NCBI GenBank assembly: GCA_963729715.1
Contig: CAVSPA010000004.1
Coordinates: 448,001-512,000 of the forward strand
Origin: an uncultured delta proteobacterium
GTDB taxonomy: Bacteria > Desulfobacterota > Syntrophia > Syntrophales > UBA2185
DNA: 64,000 bases
Reading direction: 5' to 3'
Part shown: piece by piece, positions 17,751 through 29,790 of the stretch
Layout: each line of letters begins with the position of its first letter
How positions within the stretch are numbered: position 1 is the first letter of the stretch
Translations under genes and position numbers: made by a program
The notes under the pieces: generated by a model
The model's database searches: none
The model's input: the letters and a program-made list of their open reading frames with translations, nothing else
What the model was told of the DNA's origin: nothing

Positions 17751-18854
17751 CTACCGCGTGAAAAACCTGTTAAAGTCATCAAACCACTTAATGTTGAGTC
17801 TTTCTATGTCCATGATGAAAACGAAAATCATGAGCGCAATAAGAATGACGAGGCCGACCTGCTGGCCCATCTCTCTCCATTTAATATTAATTTCCCGACC
17901 CGTTACGGCTTCTGCAAGAAAAAAGAGTAGATGACCGCCGTCAAGAATGGGAATGGGCAAGAGATTCAGGATAGCAAGGTTTATGCTCAGCAAGGCCATA
18001 AACAGCACGAATGGGACGATGCCCTCCTTGACCTGGGCCCCCGCAATTTGCGCAATCATAATGGGGCCGCCAAGGGTTTTCGGAGAAACGACACCTTCAA
18101 AGATCTTAACGATACTCAGCACAGTCAATTTACTTATAAACCAAGTCTGTTTAAGACTGGTCCAAAAGGCGCTAAATGGGTTCATCCTCTCCACGACAGT
18201 GTGTTCCAATGATGGACTTACACCCATTTTGTAAGAATCGATTTCTTCACCGAAAATATTCTTTTCCTTATACAACCTCGGTTTTAAGGGAACATTAATC
18301 GATTGTCCGCCTCTCGTTATTGTGATTCGCAACTCGCTGCCATCGCTCTTACTGATACTTTCCTTAATTTCCTCCCACCGCGTGATTTCTTTACCGTCGA
18401 TGGCGGCAATTACGTCGCCCTCCCTGATCCCGGCTTCAAAGGCCGGAGAACCTTCCGCCACCCCGCTTATATAGGTAGTCAGGGTCGGAACGCCAACCAT
18501 ATAAACAATAGTGAAAATTACGATGGCGAGGAGAAAATTGAAGATGGGCCCTGCAGCAACGATTGACGCTCTTTTCCAAACCGGCTGTTTGAAAAAAGAC
18601 CTATTTTTATCTTCCTCCGCGAGTTCCTCGTTCTCCGTCTCTCCCAGGAGCTTAACGTAGCCGCCGAGAGGCACCCATGAAATGCGGTACTCGGTCTCCC
18701 CTATCTTTTTCCCCACCAACTTGGGTCCGAAGCCAAGAGAAAATTTCAATACACCGACACCCGAATATTTAGCCACCAGAAAATGGCCAAACTCGTGGGC
18801 AAAAATAAGAATGCCCAACAGAATAATAACGGAAATAATGCTTATGCCAATCAC
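17751..18854 (-). CDS. rseP: RIP metalloprotease
   Basis: HEFGH, PDZ domain, NLLPIPILDGG. Confidence 0.95.
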   Translation of the reverse strand: MIGISIISVIILLGILIFAHEFGHFLVAKYSGVGVLKFSLGFGPKLVGKKIGETEYRISWVPLGGYVKLLGETENEELAEEDKNRSFFKQPVWKRASIVAAGPIFNFLLAIVIFTIVYMVGVPTLTTYISGVAEGSPAFEAGIREGDVIAAIDGKEITRWEEIKESISKSDGSELRITITRGGQSINVPLKPRLYKEKNIFGEEIDSYKMGVSPSLEHTVVERMNPFSAFWTSLKQTWFISKLTVLSIVKIFEGVVSPKTLGGPIMIAQIAGAQVKEGIVPFVLFMALLSINLAILNLLPIPILDGGHLLFFLAEAVTGREINIKWREMGQQVGLVILIALMIFVFIMDIERLNIKWFDDFNRFFTR

Positions 18855-20035
18855 GATAGAACTTTTATCCTCTCAATGTTTTTTTTCGCAATATCTCTGG
18901 CCCATAGATCCGCTTCCATTATCTCTCCCAAGCCGGGACTCTCTTTCCGCTGATGACAGGAAAGCGCCTCTTTCACTACATCACCTATATCTGTAAACCT
19001 TAGGGAGTTCTCCAGAAACGCCTGCACTGCTACCTCGTTGGCGGCATTCAGGACAGCGGGCATCGTGCCCCCTGCTCTTCCTGCTTCATAGGCAAGCCTC
19101 AAATTAGGGAACTTTTCCATATCGGGCCTGAAGAATTCGAAGACTCCAATCTTGAACAAATCAAGAAAATGCTCGGGGCCGGCAAGTCTCTCCGGGAAAG
19201 ACAGGGCATAGGCTATGGGAATGCGCATATCCGGCACGCTCAGTTGGGCTATCACCGATCCGTCACAGTATTCTACCATGGAATGGATAATGCTCTGGGG
19301 ATGAATGTGGACCTCAATACGGTCAATGTCAACGGAAAATAACCAACGCGCCTCGATTACCTCAAGGCCCTTGTTCATCATGGAAGCCGAATCCACTGTT
19401 ACCTTTCGTCCCATCTGCCAGGAGGGATGCTTCAACGCGTCTTGGGGTTTCACGTCTGCAAGTTCTTCCTTCGATAGATGGTAGAACGGACCACCCGACG
19501 CAGTCAGAATAATTCTTCTGATATCAGAGCCTGTGCGGCCCTCGATGCATTGAAAGATTGCACTATGCTCGCTATCTATCGGCAAGATCTTCACGCCCTT
19601 CTTACGTGCCCTTTCTACAACAAGGGAGCCCGCCATGACCATCACTTCCTTATTGGCGAGGGCGATGTCTTTCCCTGCTTCAATGGCTTCCATAGTCGGT
19701 ATGAGGCCTGCGGAACCCACCATGGCCGATACAACCATGTCTGCTTCCTTCACGCATGCGACTTCCCGGTAACCGCCTTCACCTTGCAGAATCTCAATTC
19801 CCCTCGCAGACTTTATGCTATTCTTTAGTTTCGCGGCATGCTTTTCGTCAATGACCGAGACTACCTTCGGCTTGAATCTCTGAATTTGCTCCGCAAGCAG
19901 AGTCACATTTCTATGTGCCGCGAGAGCGACAACACGAAATCTATCAGGATTCTTCCATATGACGTCCAGGGCATTAACTCCTATGGAACCCGTCGAACCC
20001 AGTATGGATATATTCTTCATGCTTTTAAGACCCAT
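18851..20035 (-). CDS. dxr: DXP reductoisomerase
   Basis: LGSTGSIG, LANKE, PIDSEH, TASGGPF, NKGLEVIEA. Confidence 0.97.
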   Translation of the reverse strand: MGLKSMKNISILGSTGSIGVNALDVIWKNPDRFRVVALAAHRNVTLLAEQIQRFKPKVVSVIDEKHAAKLKNSIKSARGIEILQGEGGYREVACVKEADMVVSAMVGSAGLIPTMEAIEAGKDIALANKEVMVMAGSLVVERARKKGVKILPIDSEHSAIFQCIEGRTGSDIRRIILTASGGPFYHLSKEELADVKPQDALKHPSWQMGRKVTVDSASMMNKGLEVIEARWLFSVDIDRIEVHIHPQSIIHSMVEYCDGSVIAQLSVPDMRIPIAYALSFPERLAGPEHFLDLFKIGVFEFFRPDMEKFPNLRLAYEAGRAGGTMPAVLNAANEVAVQAFLENSLRFTDIGDVVKEALSCHQRKESPGLGEIMEADLWARDIAKKNIERIKVLS

Positions 20036-20080
20036 GAATGTAAGAATAATGGCTTACATTGCAAGAGAAAAGGATACTTC

Positions 20081-20890
20081 CTATGATGCCGTCAAAAATA
20101 ATCTATAATAGTAAACGTAGGGTGCAATGAAAATTAAACAATCCAGCCGATCGAGCAAGCCTCCATGCCCGAGAACAAGGGAACCGGAATCCTTTACCCC
20201 GGAAGCTCTCTTGATGACCGACTCACAAAGGTCGCCCAGTTGTCCCACTATGCCTCCTGAAAATCCCAGCGCTGCGGCATGAATAACCGGAAGCCCGGGA
20301 AGAAAAAATTGCTGAAACAATATGCAGCCCATGACGCTTCCTGTGAGCAATCCCGCCGTTCCCTCCACAGTTTTGCCGGGACTCACCAGCGGTATCAGTT
20401 TTCTCTTTCCTACGCTTCTGCCTACGTAAAATGCCGCTATATCCCCGGAAAAAGCCAAAACCAAAATAAAGAAAATCCACATCATGCCATCTGCGGAATG
20501 CCTCAGCAGAATGAAATGCGACAGCATAAAAGGTATATAGATAAAGCCGAATACGAGCTTACTGACTGAAACCGTATCGATAGCATGCTCGTTCACGCCG
20601 AGGAGGGACAGAGAAAAGACGCTCAGCATGGAAAAGGCAATGACAGCGAGCACAATATGTAAATCACCTGAAAAAGCGGCAAGAGGAATTAATACGGCGA
20701 TAATCAGTGCCTGCGATTTCTCCCTGATGAATCCCCCATTAAACACCATTCTGTTATACTCGATTACGGCTCCAAAAATAACAATTATGATGAATGCGGA
20801 AAAGACGGCCTCCGAACCATAGAATATAATGGCAAAGAGTATGGGTACAGCTATAACCCCGGATATCCATCTTTTTATATGGGAAGTCAT
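20081..20890 (-). CDS. cdsA: Phosphatidate cytidylyltransferase
   Basis: SPGKTVEG, GDLCESVIKR, GHGGLLDRLD. Confidence 0.95.
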   Translation of the reverse strand: MTSHIKRWISGVIAVPILFAIIFYGSEAVFSAFIIIVIFGAVIEYNRMVFNGGFIREKSQALIIAVLIPLAAFSGDLHIVLAVIAFSMLSVFSLSLLGVNEHAIDTVSVSKLVFGFIYIPFMLSHFILLRHSADGMMWIFFILVLAFSGDIAAFYVGRSVGKRKLIPLVSPGKTVEGTAGLLTGSVMGCILFQQFFLPGLPVIHAAALGFSGGIVGQLGDLCESVIKRASGVKDSGSLVLGHGGLLDRLDCLIFIAPYVYYYRLFLTAS

Positions 20891-21639
20891 CCTGTATATG
20901 TTCCGTCCCTGTGCAACTGGTTACTCGTCAGTCCGAATCTCCTCTCCCTCCGCTGAAACTCGGCAATTGCCTCGATGAGATGCGTCCTCCGAAAATCAGG
21001 CCAAAGAACATCAGAAAAATAAAATTCCGTATAAGCTGACTGCCACAATAAAAAATTGCTCAACCTGTATTCGCCGCTCGTTCTTATAAGCAGGTCCGGA
21101 TCAGGAATATCAGCCGTATACAGATACGCAGAGAACAATGCTTTCGTTAGATCTTCAGGAGTGATCTTGCCGTCCTGACAGTCTTTTATTATGTCTTTCG
21201 CTGCCGCAACGATTTCATCACGTCCACCATAGCTCAGGGCCAGATTGAGAACCATCCCGTCGTTATGAGCCGTCCTATCAATTGCCTCCTCAAGCATATT
21301 TCTTACGGGTCCGCTCAATGACCCGATATCACCGATGGTTACCAATCGGACGCCATTGCGCAGCATCTCGTCAAGCTCCGATCGCAGAAACTTATCCAAT
21401 AAATCCATCAGTGCATCGACCTCTTCCCGGGGACGAAGCCAATTTTCCACAGAAAAAGCATACAAGGTAAGATATTTTATACCGATCTCCCGGCAGGCCT
21501 TTACCACAATCTTTACAGACTTGGCACCTCTCTTATGACCGGTTATCCTTCCGAAGGCGTGCTTTTCTGCCCATCTGCCGTTACCGTCCATGATTATGGC
21601 GATGTGTTGTGGCAGTTTGCTGTGGTCAATCTTTTTCAT
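20887..21639 (-). CDS. uppS: Undecaprenyl diphosphate synthase
   Basis: IIMDGNGRW, FSVENW, IRTSGEYRLSNF. Confidence 0.97.
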   Translation of the reverse strand: MKKIDHSKLPQHIAIIMDGNGRWAEKHAFGRITGHKRGAKSVKIVVKACREIGIKYLTLYAFSVENWLRPREEVDALMDLLDKFLRSELDEMLRNGVRLVTIGDIGSLSGPVRNMLEEAIDRTAHNDGMVLNLALSYGGRDEIVAAAKDIIKDCQDGKITPEDLTKALFSAYLYTADIPDPDLLIRTSGEYRLSNFLLWQSAYTEFYFSDVLWPDFRRTHLIEAIAEFQRRERRFGLTSNQLHRDGTYTG

Positions 21640-21854
21640 CGGATGAAATGCTCTTCTTACAATATCTGCGGATAGTTAATACGTCGTCCCAGTAACACAA
21701 TCAAGGATAAAGTTCAAGACATGCAAAAAATTGGGAGAGTTAGAAAATCTGTATAAAATCAGCGACGACAGCCTGGCAAGTATAATTTACATCATTTCCG
21801 AAACAAAGAAGGAGCACAAAGGCTCCCCAATATCTGTTGTTCATCGCAATAAAC

Positions 21855-22412
21855 TTATATTTCCATGATTTCTTTTTCTTTGGCAGCGAGTATACCATCG
21901 GTTTTCTTAATATACTTATCCGTTATTTCCTGAACTTCCTCTTGATACAGATAGAAATCATCTTCAGAAATGTCACTGTCCTTCTTAAGTGTTTTTAGCT
22001 GGTCATTTGCATCCCTTCTGACATTTCTCTGATTTATCTTGCACTCTTCGGCGATCCTTTTGACGGTCTTAACCAGTTCCTTTCTACGCTCTTCGGTAAG
22101 TGGCGGAATTGAAAGGCGTATCACTTTTCCGTCATTTACCGGCATCAAGCCAAGATCGGATTTCTGTATAGCTTTTTCTATGTTTCCAATGACGCTGTTA
22201 TCCCAGGGCGATATGACCATAAGGCGGCTCTCGGGTATGGAGAGTGTAGCGACTTGGTTGAGCGGTGTGGGGACGCCATAATAGTCCACTTTAATGCCGT
22301 CGAGAAGCGACAGCGACGCCCTCCCTGTCCTCACTTTATTCAAGGACTTCTCAAAAGCGTGAATCGCTTTCTCCATATTATCCTTCAATTCGTCAAAAAC
22401 CAGATCCTTCAT
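21855..22412 (-). CDS. frr: Ribosome recycling factor
   Basis: VRTGRAS, PPLTEERRKELVK. Confidence 0.97.
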   Translation of the reverse strand: MKDLVFDELKDNMEKAIHAFEKSLNKVRTGRASLSLLDGIKVDYYGVPTPLNQVATLSIPESRLMVISPWDNSVIGNIEKAIQKSDLGLMPVNDGKVIRLSIPPLTEERRKELVKTVKRIAEECKINQRNVRRDANDQLKTLKKDSDISEDDFYLYQEEVQEITDKYIKKTDGILAAKEKEIMEI

Positions 22413-22413
22413 G

Positions 22414-23133
22414 TCAACCTCTTACTCTCGTCCCCATATCTCTGCCGCATATGACGCGCCTGATATTGCCCTTCTTCTGCAGATTAAAAACGATGATGGG
22501 AAGATTGTTCTCTCTGCACAAAGAAATCGCCGTTGCATCCATAACCCTCAAATGTCTCGTCAATATGTCATTATAGGATATCTCGGTAAACATCCTTGCA
22601 TCGCTGCATTTAACAGGATCTTTATCATAGACCCCGTCTACTTTCGTTGCTTTCAGAATAACGTCGGCCTTAATCTCTACAGCCCTTAAAGAAGCAGCAG
22701 TATCCGTTGTGAAATAGGGGTTCCCTGTGCCGCCTGCAAATATAACGACCCTTCCTTTTTCGAGATGACGCACAGCCCGCCTTTGAATAAATGGCTCCGC
22801 AACCTGTTTCATTTCAATTGCAGTTTGGACTCGTGTTACAACATCAAGTCGTTCAAGAGCGCTCTGCAGTGCAAGGCTGTTTATCACGGTGGCGAGCATG
22901 CCCATGTAATCCGCGGATGTTCTATCCATACCCATCTCATTGGCTTCAAACCCGCGTAAAATATTGCCGCCGCCTACTACGACGCCTATCTCGACGCCAA
23001 GCCTTGCAACATCCCTGATTTCTCCCGCAATGCCCGATACGGCATCAAAGTCTATCCCATAGGAGCCTTTTCCCATAAGGACTTCGCCACTCAGTTTCAG
23101 GAGAACTCTTTTATAGACAGGCTTATCCATCAT
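22414..23133 (-). CDS. pyrH: UMP kinase
   Basis: [19 protein letters not shown]. Confidence 0.97.
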   Translation of the reverse strand: MMDKPVYKRVLLKLSGEVLMGKGSYGIDFDAVSGIAGEIRDVARLGVEIGVVVGGGNILRGFEANEMGMDRTSADYMGMLATVINSLALQSALERLDVVTRVQTAIEMKQVAEPFIQRRAVRHLEKGRVVIFAGGTGNPYFTTDTAASLRAVEIKADVILKATKVDGVYDKDPVKCSDARMFTEISYNDILTRHLRVMDATAISLCRENNLPIIVFNLQKKGNIRRVICGRDMGTRVRG

Positions 23134-23140
23134 CTTTTCT

Positions 23141-23737
23141 TCACTCGGCGCCCAGCTGGAACCTCATGAATCTTCTGATAACAATATTCTCACCCGTCTT
23201 GGCGATCATATTACTGACCAGCGTCCCAACGGTAATGGCCGTGTCTTTTATAAATTTCTGATCCAGAAGGCAGACGTCTTCATAATACTTCTTAAGTTTG
23301 CCCTCTATGATCTTGTCCCATATCTTCTCCGGTTTCTTTTCCGCCATAGCCTGGCTTCTGTAAATCTCCTTCTCGCGTTCCAGAACATCGGCAGGTATAT
23401 CTTCCGACTTCAGATACCTGGGGTTCGCCGCAGCTATGTGCATAGTCAATTCTTTCGCCAAGAGTCGAAAATCATCTGTCTTGGCAACAAAGTCCGTTTC
23501 GCAATTAAGCTCTACCAGGACGCCTATCTTCCCACCCATATGGATATATGAGGCAACGACTCCATCTTTTGCCGCCTTTGACGATCTTTTCGTCGCGGCA
23601 GACATGCCCTTCTTACGCAAATGATCGATTGCTTTTTCGAAATCTCCTCCGGACACCGTCAGAGCTTCCTTGCAATCCATCATACCGGCGCCTGTTTTTT
23701 CCCTCAGCTCTTTAACCATGGATGATGTAATGCTCAA
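23141..23737 (-). CDS. tsf: Elongation factor Ts (short form)
   Basis: [23 protein letters not shown]. Confidence 0.97.
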   Translation of the reverse strand: MSITSSMVKELREKTGAGMMDCKEALTVSGGDFEKAIDHLRKKGMSAATKRSSKAAKDGVVASYIHMGGKIGVLVELNCETDFVAKTDDFRLLAKELTMHIAAANPRYLKSEDIPADVLEREKEIYRSQAMAEKKPEKIWDKIIEGKLKKYYEDVCLLDQKFIKDTAITVGTLVSNMIAKTGENIVIRRFMRFQLGAE

Positions 23738-23768
23738 TTTATTCTACCTCCCGTCAAATTTCTCGCTT

Positions 23769-24608
23769 TCATTGACGCGCTTTATCTGTTTCAAGGTCTT
23801 CTTCCAAATCAGTTACCCCACCCTTTGTCTCGATAGACTCAGGGACATCCGTTTCCACATCTTCGCCTTTCTCAGGGGCCAGGGCTGCTGCTTCCTTGTC
23901 GGAGTCGGCCTGTACATGCTCCTCGAACCTCCTCTTGCCCTCGATTACCGCATCGCAAATTCTCGAAGAGAAAAGCTTGATCGCCCTAATTGCATCATCG
24001 TTACCCGGTATAATATAATCAATATCGTCCGGATCGCAGTTCGTATCAACTATAGCTACAATAGGAATTTTCAATTTTTGCGCCTCTTTGACGGCAATGC
24101 TCTCGCGTTTGGGATCAACGATAAACAAACCTCCGGGGACACGTTTAATTATTTTTATGCCGCCGAGGACTTTCTCAAGCTTGTTCATCTCCTTTTGCAG
24201 CTTCATTATCTCTTTTTTCGGAAATGCCTTGACACTGTCATCGGAAAACATCTTCTCGAGCAGGTTTAGTCTCTCGATCCTCTTATTGATGGTATTAAAA
24301 TTCGTCAGCATCCCGCCCAGCCATCTCTGATTGACGTAAGGCATCCCACATCGCTCGGACTCCTCTTTGACAGCTTCCTGAGATTGCTTCTTTGTTCCTA
24401 CAAAGAGAAGCTCTCCGCCCGCTGCCACCATATTCACTACAAAGTCATATGCAGCCTGGAACATCCCCACCGTCTGCTGGAGGTCTATGATGTAAATGCC
24501 GTTTCTCGCCCCAAATATGTAGGGCTTCATCTTTGGATTCCACTTGTTGGTCTGATGACCGAAATGAACTCCCGCTTCAAGTAACAATTTCATTGATATG
24601 TTTGCCAT
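23769..24608 (-). CDS. rpsB: 30S ribosomal protein S2
   Basis: [28 protein letters not shown]. Confidence 0.98.
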   Translation of the reverse strand: MANISMKLLLEAGVHFGHQTNKWNPKMKPYIFGARNGIYIIDLQQTVGMFQAAYDFVVNMVAAGGELLFVGTKKQSQEAVKEESERCGMPYVNQRWLGGMLTNFNTINKRIERLNLLEKMFSDDSVKAFPKKEIMKLQKEMNKLEKVLGGIKIIKRVPGGLFIVDPKRESIAVKEAQKLKIPIVAIVDTNCDPDDIDYIIPGNDDAIRAIKLFSSRICDAVIEGKRRFEEHVQADSDKEAAALAPEKGEDVETDVPESIETKGGVTDLEEDLETDKARQ

Positions 24609-24635
24609 TTTGCAACTCCTTGTGTTTTTTTACCG

Positions 24636-24706
24636 CCATCCCTCTCACTTTGCACGGAGAACTCTTCTAATGAGAAAAGCAACGCTCCGGCAATCAAAGG
24701 ATGTGG
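24636..24706 (-). promoter_or_regulatory. Structured rpsB leader (candidate S2 autoregulatory element)
   Basis: Minus-strand pairings CATCC/GGATG and TTGC.CGGAG/CTCCGTGCAA directly upstream of the rpsB RBS. Confidence 0.4.
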
Positions 24707-24830
24707 GAAATCCTTAGATATTTAGCACAAAGATTCTAATTTAGCAAGCTAAAAAAGGCAAATACAAGAGAGGACGGATACGCAACGCAAGGCTTTTTGC
24801 GATCTATAGACAGTCAAGTGTCTCACAGAG

Positions 24831-26033
24831 TTAAGTATGATATTGGGCGTTAATCTTGATGTAGTCCAAGGTGAGATCGGACGTGCATATTCTGTATGAT
24901 TTATTGCCCATTCCGAGTTTCAAGAAGACTTTTATATTGCTTCTGGACATGATTTCTGCGAGCTCTTTGTCATGGCCATCTATGCCCTTACCATGAGCAA
25001 ATACCGGAACTTCTTCAAAGTATAGTTTAACGTCGGCAGCGGGAAGATTAATGCCTGTCGAGCCGGCAGCCGCTATTACCCTTCCCCAGTTGGGGTCGCA
25101 ACCGTAGAACGCGGTTTTGACCAGGTTTGAGTTGGCTACGGCATTGGCAACCTTTCTTGCGTCTCCTATAGAATCCGCTTCCTCAACGATTATTTCTATA
25201 AATTTAGTCGCCCCTTCGCCGTCCCTGACGATGGCGTCAGACAGATCAGACATCACGCCAAACAGCATCTCTTTAAACAAAGACAAACTATTCGAATGTC
25301 GCTTCAGTTGCTTGTTTCCGGCCATGCCGTTTGCCATGATTATCGCCGTATCATTCGTGCTCATGCATCCGTCAACCGTGATTGCATTAAAGCTCCTGTC
25401 TACCACCTGTTTAAAAACAGCATTTAGGGTATGAAAATCGATGTCCAGATCAGTCATGGCAAATGCAAGCATGGTCGCCATATGGGGCTCTATCATGCCT
25501 GCTCCTTTCGCAATACCACACACAGACACTTCTCTTCCACCGATCACATCCTTCCTGCAAGAGATTTTTGGGAATTTATCCGTCGTCATGATTGCCTGTG
25601 CGGCCGCAGGAATGCCGTTCGGATGAGCCCCGCGCACGAGCCCTTCCATGCCTTCTTTGATATTCCTTACGGGAGGCCTGTGTCCGATTATTCCCGTAGA
25701 TGCCACCAAGACGAGATCATCGGCGATATTCAGCTTATCGGAAGCGCATCGCGATATCTCCACGGCGTCAGTATATCCCGCCTCACCTGTGGCTGCATTG
25801 GCATTGCCGCTATTTGCCAGAATCGCCTGCGCTCTACCCGATTTTATCCTTTGCATATCAAGGAGAACCGGCGCCGCCTTAAAGCAATTTCTCGTAAATA
25901 CGGCCGCTGCCCGAGCTGGCACAACGGAAAAAATCAGTGCAAGGTCCTTAATGCCGTTTTCCTTGATGCCCGCATGAATACCGTTTGCCAGAAAACCCGA
26001 AACGGCGTATGTCTCCGACTCTCTACAGGTCAT
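24831..26033 (-). CDS. argJ: Ornithine acetyltransferase / N-acetylglutamate synthase
   Basis: ASTGIIG, IMTTD, KGAGMIEPHMATML, DGEGATK. Confidence 0.95.
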   Translation of the reverse strand: MTCRESETYAVSGFLANGIHAGIKENGIKDLALIFSVVPARAAAVFTRNCFKAAPVLLDMQRIKSGRAQAILANSGNANAATGEAGYTDAVEISRCASDKLNIADDLVLVASTGIIGHRPPVRNIKEGMEGLVRGAHPNGIPAAAQAIMTTDKFPKISCRKDVIGGREVSVCGIAKGAGMIEPHMATMLAFAMTDLDIDFHTLNAVFKQVVDRSFNAITVDGCMSTNDTAIIMANGMAGNKQLKRHSNSLSLFKEMLFGVMSDLSDAIVRDGEGATKFIEIIVEEADSIGDARKVANAVANSNLVKTAFYGCDPNWGRVIAAAGSTGINLPAADVKLYFEEVPVFAHGKGIDGHDKELAEIMSRSNIKVFLKLGMGNKSYRICTSDLTLDYIKINAQYHT

Positions 26034-26094
26034 AAACCACCTTATGCGAGAGGTCTCGCAAAAAACATTCTATTCCGTCAGCTCTCTATCTCTA

Positions 26095-28614
26095 TTACCG
26101 TCCACAGCACTTCTTATATTTCTTCCCGCTGCCGCACGGACAGGGATCGTTTCTCCCCACCTTCTTCGCTTCCCTCTTCACCGTAGAAGTCTCTGGCGTT
26201 TGCTCTCCCCGGCTCATGATATAATCCTGACTGGCCTCTTCCCGCATCTCTTCGATCTCTTCTTCCCTCTGGATTCTGACGATGCAGAGTTTTTCGATTG
26301 TATCCTCTTTGACGCGGTGGATCATTTCCATGAACATTTCATAGCCCTCTTTCTGGTATTCACGGACAGGATCCTTTTGTCCATAGCCCCTGAGGCCGAT
26401 GCCTTCCTTTAAGTGATCCATGCTCAAGAGATGATCTTTCCAGTGAGTATCAATAGATTGCAACATGATTACCTTCATGAGATAATCCATGAGCGGTTTG
26501 CCGTATTCCTCTTCTTTTTTCTTCAGCAGGTCTTTCGCAGCTTCAATGACCATGTCTTCAATCGCGTCCCTGCTGAGATCTCTTCCCGTCTCACTGAGGT
26601 TCAATCGCAAAGAGAATTGCTTGAAAACTACATCGTCCAATCCCCTCAGATTCCATTCCTCCGGATGGGATTTCTCGTCCACATACTGCAAGACTATTTC
26701 GCCGACGAGTTCTTCCACCATCTCCTCCACATCTGACCAAAGATCCTCTCCCTTGAGCACCCTCTTGCGCTGTTCGTAAATCACCTGTCTCTGCCTGTTC
26801 ATTACATCGTCAAATTCCAGCAGGTGCTTGCGGATATCAAAATTATGAGCCTCGACCCGTTTTTGCGCATTTTCTATAGCCCTCGAAATCAGCTTGTGTT
26901 CAATCGGCTGATTCTCTTCCATGCCGATCCGGTCCATTATGGATGAGATTCTCTCTGCACCAAAGATGCGCAGAAGATCATCCTCGAGGGAAAGATAAAA
27001 GCGCGAAGACCCCAAATCCCCCTGGCGCCCCGACCTGCCCCTGAGCTGATTGTCGATGCGTCGGCTCTCATGCCTTTCCGTCCCGAGGATGTGGAGTCCA
27101 CCCACCTCGGCGACGCCTTCGCCGAGCTTTATGTCGGTTCCGCGGCCCGCCATATTGGTTGATATGGTTACCATGCCCGGCTGTCCAGCCTGAGCAATGA
27201 TCTCCGCTTCCTTCTCGTGATGCTTAGCGTTCAGGACGTGGTGCTTGATACCGGTGCGCGAAAGATATTTACTCAGGAGTTCGGACTTTACGATGGATAT
27301 TGTGCCTACCAGAACGGGCCTTTTTTGCGTGTGCAGTTCCTTGATCTCCTCTATCACTGCATTGAATTTTTCCGCCTCAGTCTTGTAAATCACATCAGAG
27401 TTATCCAGTCTGATCATGGGCATATTGGTTGGAACCACGCAAACATCGAGGTTATAGATCTTATTGAATTCGGCTGCCTCCGTATCTGCCGTGCCTGTCA
27501 TTCCCGCCAGTTTCTTGTACATCCTAAAGTAATTCTGGAATGTTATTGATGCGAGTGTCTGATTTTCTCTCTCTATGTTAACCTTCTCTTTTGCTTCCAA
27601 AGCCTGATGCAAACCATCACTGTATCTTCTTCCCGGCATTACCCTGCCTGTAAACTCATCAACGATGATAACCTGACCGTCTTTGACCAGATAGTCAACA
27701 TCGCGCTTGAAGAGCGTGTGGGCCTTCAATGCCTGATTTACGTGGTGAAGAAGCTCTATGTTCTTGGGCTCAAAGAGGTTCTGTACCTTAAGGTAACCTT
27801 CGACCTTGGCGACGCCTTCCTCCGTAAGCACGACGGTCCGGCTTTTTTCGTCAATAGTGTAGTCCTTGTCCCTTCTCAATCTGGGTATTACCTGATTGAT
27901 CTTGTAGTACTTATCGGTAGATTCCTCCGACGGGCCTGATATTATCAGAGGTGTTCTCGCTTCATCGATGAGGATGCTGTCCACCTCATCGACGATTGCA
28001 TAATTGAAGTCCCTCTGAACGTAATCCTCAAGGCTGAACTTCATATTATCACGCAGGTAATCAAAACCGAACTCATTGTTCGTGCCATAGGTGATATCGG
28101 CATTGTATGCCATCCTTCTTTCAGGATCATCCATACCATGAACGATGACACCGACGGTGAGGCCGAGGAATTTATATATAGGCCCCATCCACTCCGCATC
28201 CCTCTTTGCCAGATAGTCATTTACAGTCACCAGATGGCAACCTTCCCCGGAAAGGGCGTTCAGATAGAGGGGCATGGTAGCTGCCAAGGTCTTGCCTTCT
28301 CCGGTCTTCATCTCTGCAATCCTCCCTTCGTGGAGGACGAGGCCTCCGATAACCTGAACGTCAAAAGGCCTCATCAGCAACGTTCTTCTCCCTGCTTCCC
28401 TTGCAACGGCAAAGGCCTCCGTCAGGATATCGTCGAGTTCCGCACCACCGGCAAGCCGCTCCTTAAAATATGGCGTCTTCGCCTTCAGTTCCCCGTCACT
28501 TAAGCCCATCATGGCAGGCTCAAGATCATTTACTTCATCAAGGATAAAAGACAGCCGCTTCAATTCCCGATCATTCTTGCTGCCAATTACCTTTCCCAGT
28601 AAAGACCCCAGCAT
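26095..28614 (-). CDS. secA: Preprotein translocase ATPase
   Basis: [23 protein letters not shown]-terminal SEC-C motif [13 protein letters not shown]. Confidence 0.98.
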   Translation of the reverse strand: MLGSLLGKVIGSKNDRELKRLSFILDEVNDLEPAMMGLSDGELKAKTPYFKERLAGGAELDDILTEAFAVAREAGRRTLLMRPFDVQVIGGLVLHEGRIAEMKTGEGKTLAATMPLYLNALSGEGCHLVTVNDYLAKRDAEWMGPIYKFLGLTVGVIVHGMDDPERRMAYNADITYGTNNEFGFDYLRDNMKFSLEDYVQRDFNYAIVDEVDSILIDEARTPLIISGPSEESTDKYYKINQVIPRLRRDKDYTIDEKSRTVVLTEEGVAKVEGYLKVQNLFEPKNIELLHHVNQALKAHTLFKRDVDYLVKDGQVIIVDEFTGRVMPGRRYSDGLHQALEAKEKVNIERENQTLASITFQNYFRMYKKLAGMTGTADTEAAEFNKIYNLDVCVVPTNMPMIRLDNSDVIYKTEAEKFNAVIEEIKELHTQKRPVLVGTISIVKSELLSKYLSRTGIKHHVLNAKHHEKEAEIIAQAGQPGMVTISTNMAGRGTDIKLGEGVAEVGGLHILGTERHESRRIDNQLRGRSGRQGDLGSSRFYLSLEDDLLRIFGAERISSIMDRIGMEENQPIEHKLISRAIENAQKRVEAHNFDIRKHLLEFDDVMNRQRQVIYEQRKRVLKGEDLWSDVEEMVEELVGEIVLQYVDEKSHPEEWNLRGLDDVVFKQFSLRLNLSETGRDLSRDAIEDMVIEAAKDLLKKKEEEYGKPLMDYLMKVIMLQSIDTHWKDHLLSMDHLKEGIGLRGYGQKDPVREYQKEGYEMFMEMIHRVKEDTIEKLCIVRIQREEEIEEMREEASQDYIMSRGEQTPETSTVKREAKKVGRNDPCPCGSGKKYKKCCGR

Positions 28615-28706
28615 AGATCACCCTCTCAAAAAAAAACCGGTATCAAACCCGGCTGTTAGATAACAAATAACGATCCGTCCCGCATAATACCTGCGGGCGG
28701 GCAAAT

Positions 28707-29609
28707 CTAATTCAAATATTTTCTCGGATTAACGGGAATGCCGTTTAGTATTACGCTGTAATGGAGATGCGAGCCTGTACTTCGTCCGGAATTCCCGACA
28801 TAACCGAGGATGTCTCCCCTCTTGACCATATTCCCCTGCTTGACGGCAGTTCTCAAGAGGTGACCGTACCAACTCGTCATCCCGTATCCATGATTTATCT
28901 TAACCATGTGTCCCACGTCCCGATCATAAGCTATCTCGCAAACCAAACCATCAGCAGGCGCCACCACCTCCACGCCTATTCGCGTTGCAATATCAATTCC
29001 TTTGTGAAATTCTCTGCCTTCGCCAATCGGTGATGATCTGAACCCAAACTCCGATGTAACCCAGCCATGAACTGGCCAAATCGACGGCGTCGCAGCGAGT
29101 ATGGACTTCTGTTTCTTAAGAAATTTGAACAACTCATGGAAACTGTTCTTCTGTTCGACCGCGTCTTTAGACAGTTGCTCGACATTCTGATCGATCTTGG
29201 CGATGACTATCCGCTGGTCAGTTTCGGCGTGCGGTTTTATTGTTTCGTCGCTTATTGAGCCTCCGGTGCCGAGTACCTGCCCCTTATAGCGTTTCTCTTC
29301 GACGTTGGCCATGGCTCTGATATTCTTATCGAGCTGACTGAGTTCTTCCATCTTCAAGGTAAAATTGTTCACCTTCTCCGCCAGGTCGTCGATCTGAACT
29401 TTTTGTTCCCTTGTTTGTCTTCTCAAACGTTCCAGCTCAATCTTGTCCCTCTTTATTTTGATGTAATCGTAATACGCATACATGCATGCCAGAATAACAG
29501 CCATCATACAAAACGCAATGCCTTTCAAAGCCTTGTTTGAAAGGGTCAATCTCTTCGCTGAACTTTTTCTCTTGGGGATTATCAGGAAGGTATAAAAATT
29601 CCTAGGCAT
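28707..29609 (-). CDS. M23 metallopeptidase with TM segment and coiled coil
   Basis: HKGID, YGHL, STGSHLHY. Confidence 0.9.
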   Translation of the reverse strand: MPRNFYTFLIIPKRKSSAKRLTLSNKALKGIAFCMMAVILACMYAYYDYIKIKRDKIELERLRRQTREQKVQIDDLAEKVNNFTLKMEELSQLDKNIRAMANVEEKRYKGQVLGTGGSISDETIKPHAETDQRIVIAKIDQNVEQLSKDAVEQKNSFHELFKFLKKQKSILAATPSIWPVHGWVTSEFGFRSSPIGEGREFHKGIDIATRIGVEVVAPADGLVCEIAYDRDVGHMVKINHGYGMTSWYGHLLRTAVKQGNMVKRGDILGYVGNSGRSTGSHLHYSVILNGIPVNPRKYLN

Positions 29610-29790
29610 CTCTATTCCTTTCGCATATCCTCACGACAAACCGGGAGTGTATAACTAACACAATCATGCCAAATGTCAAGCAAAGTTTATTCTTGTTTTA
29701 GAAAATTGACTTGACTTTGCAAGGGGGAATACGCTACACACCGCAAACATCTTTACCAATTGCGATCGGTAACTGCAGAAAGGAGTTCCA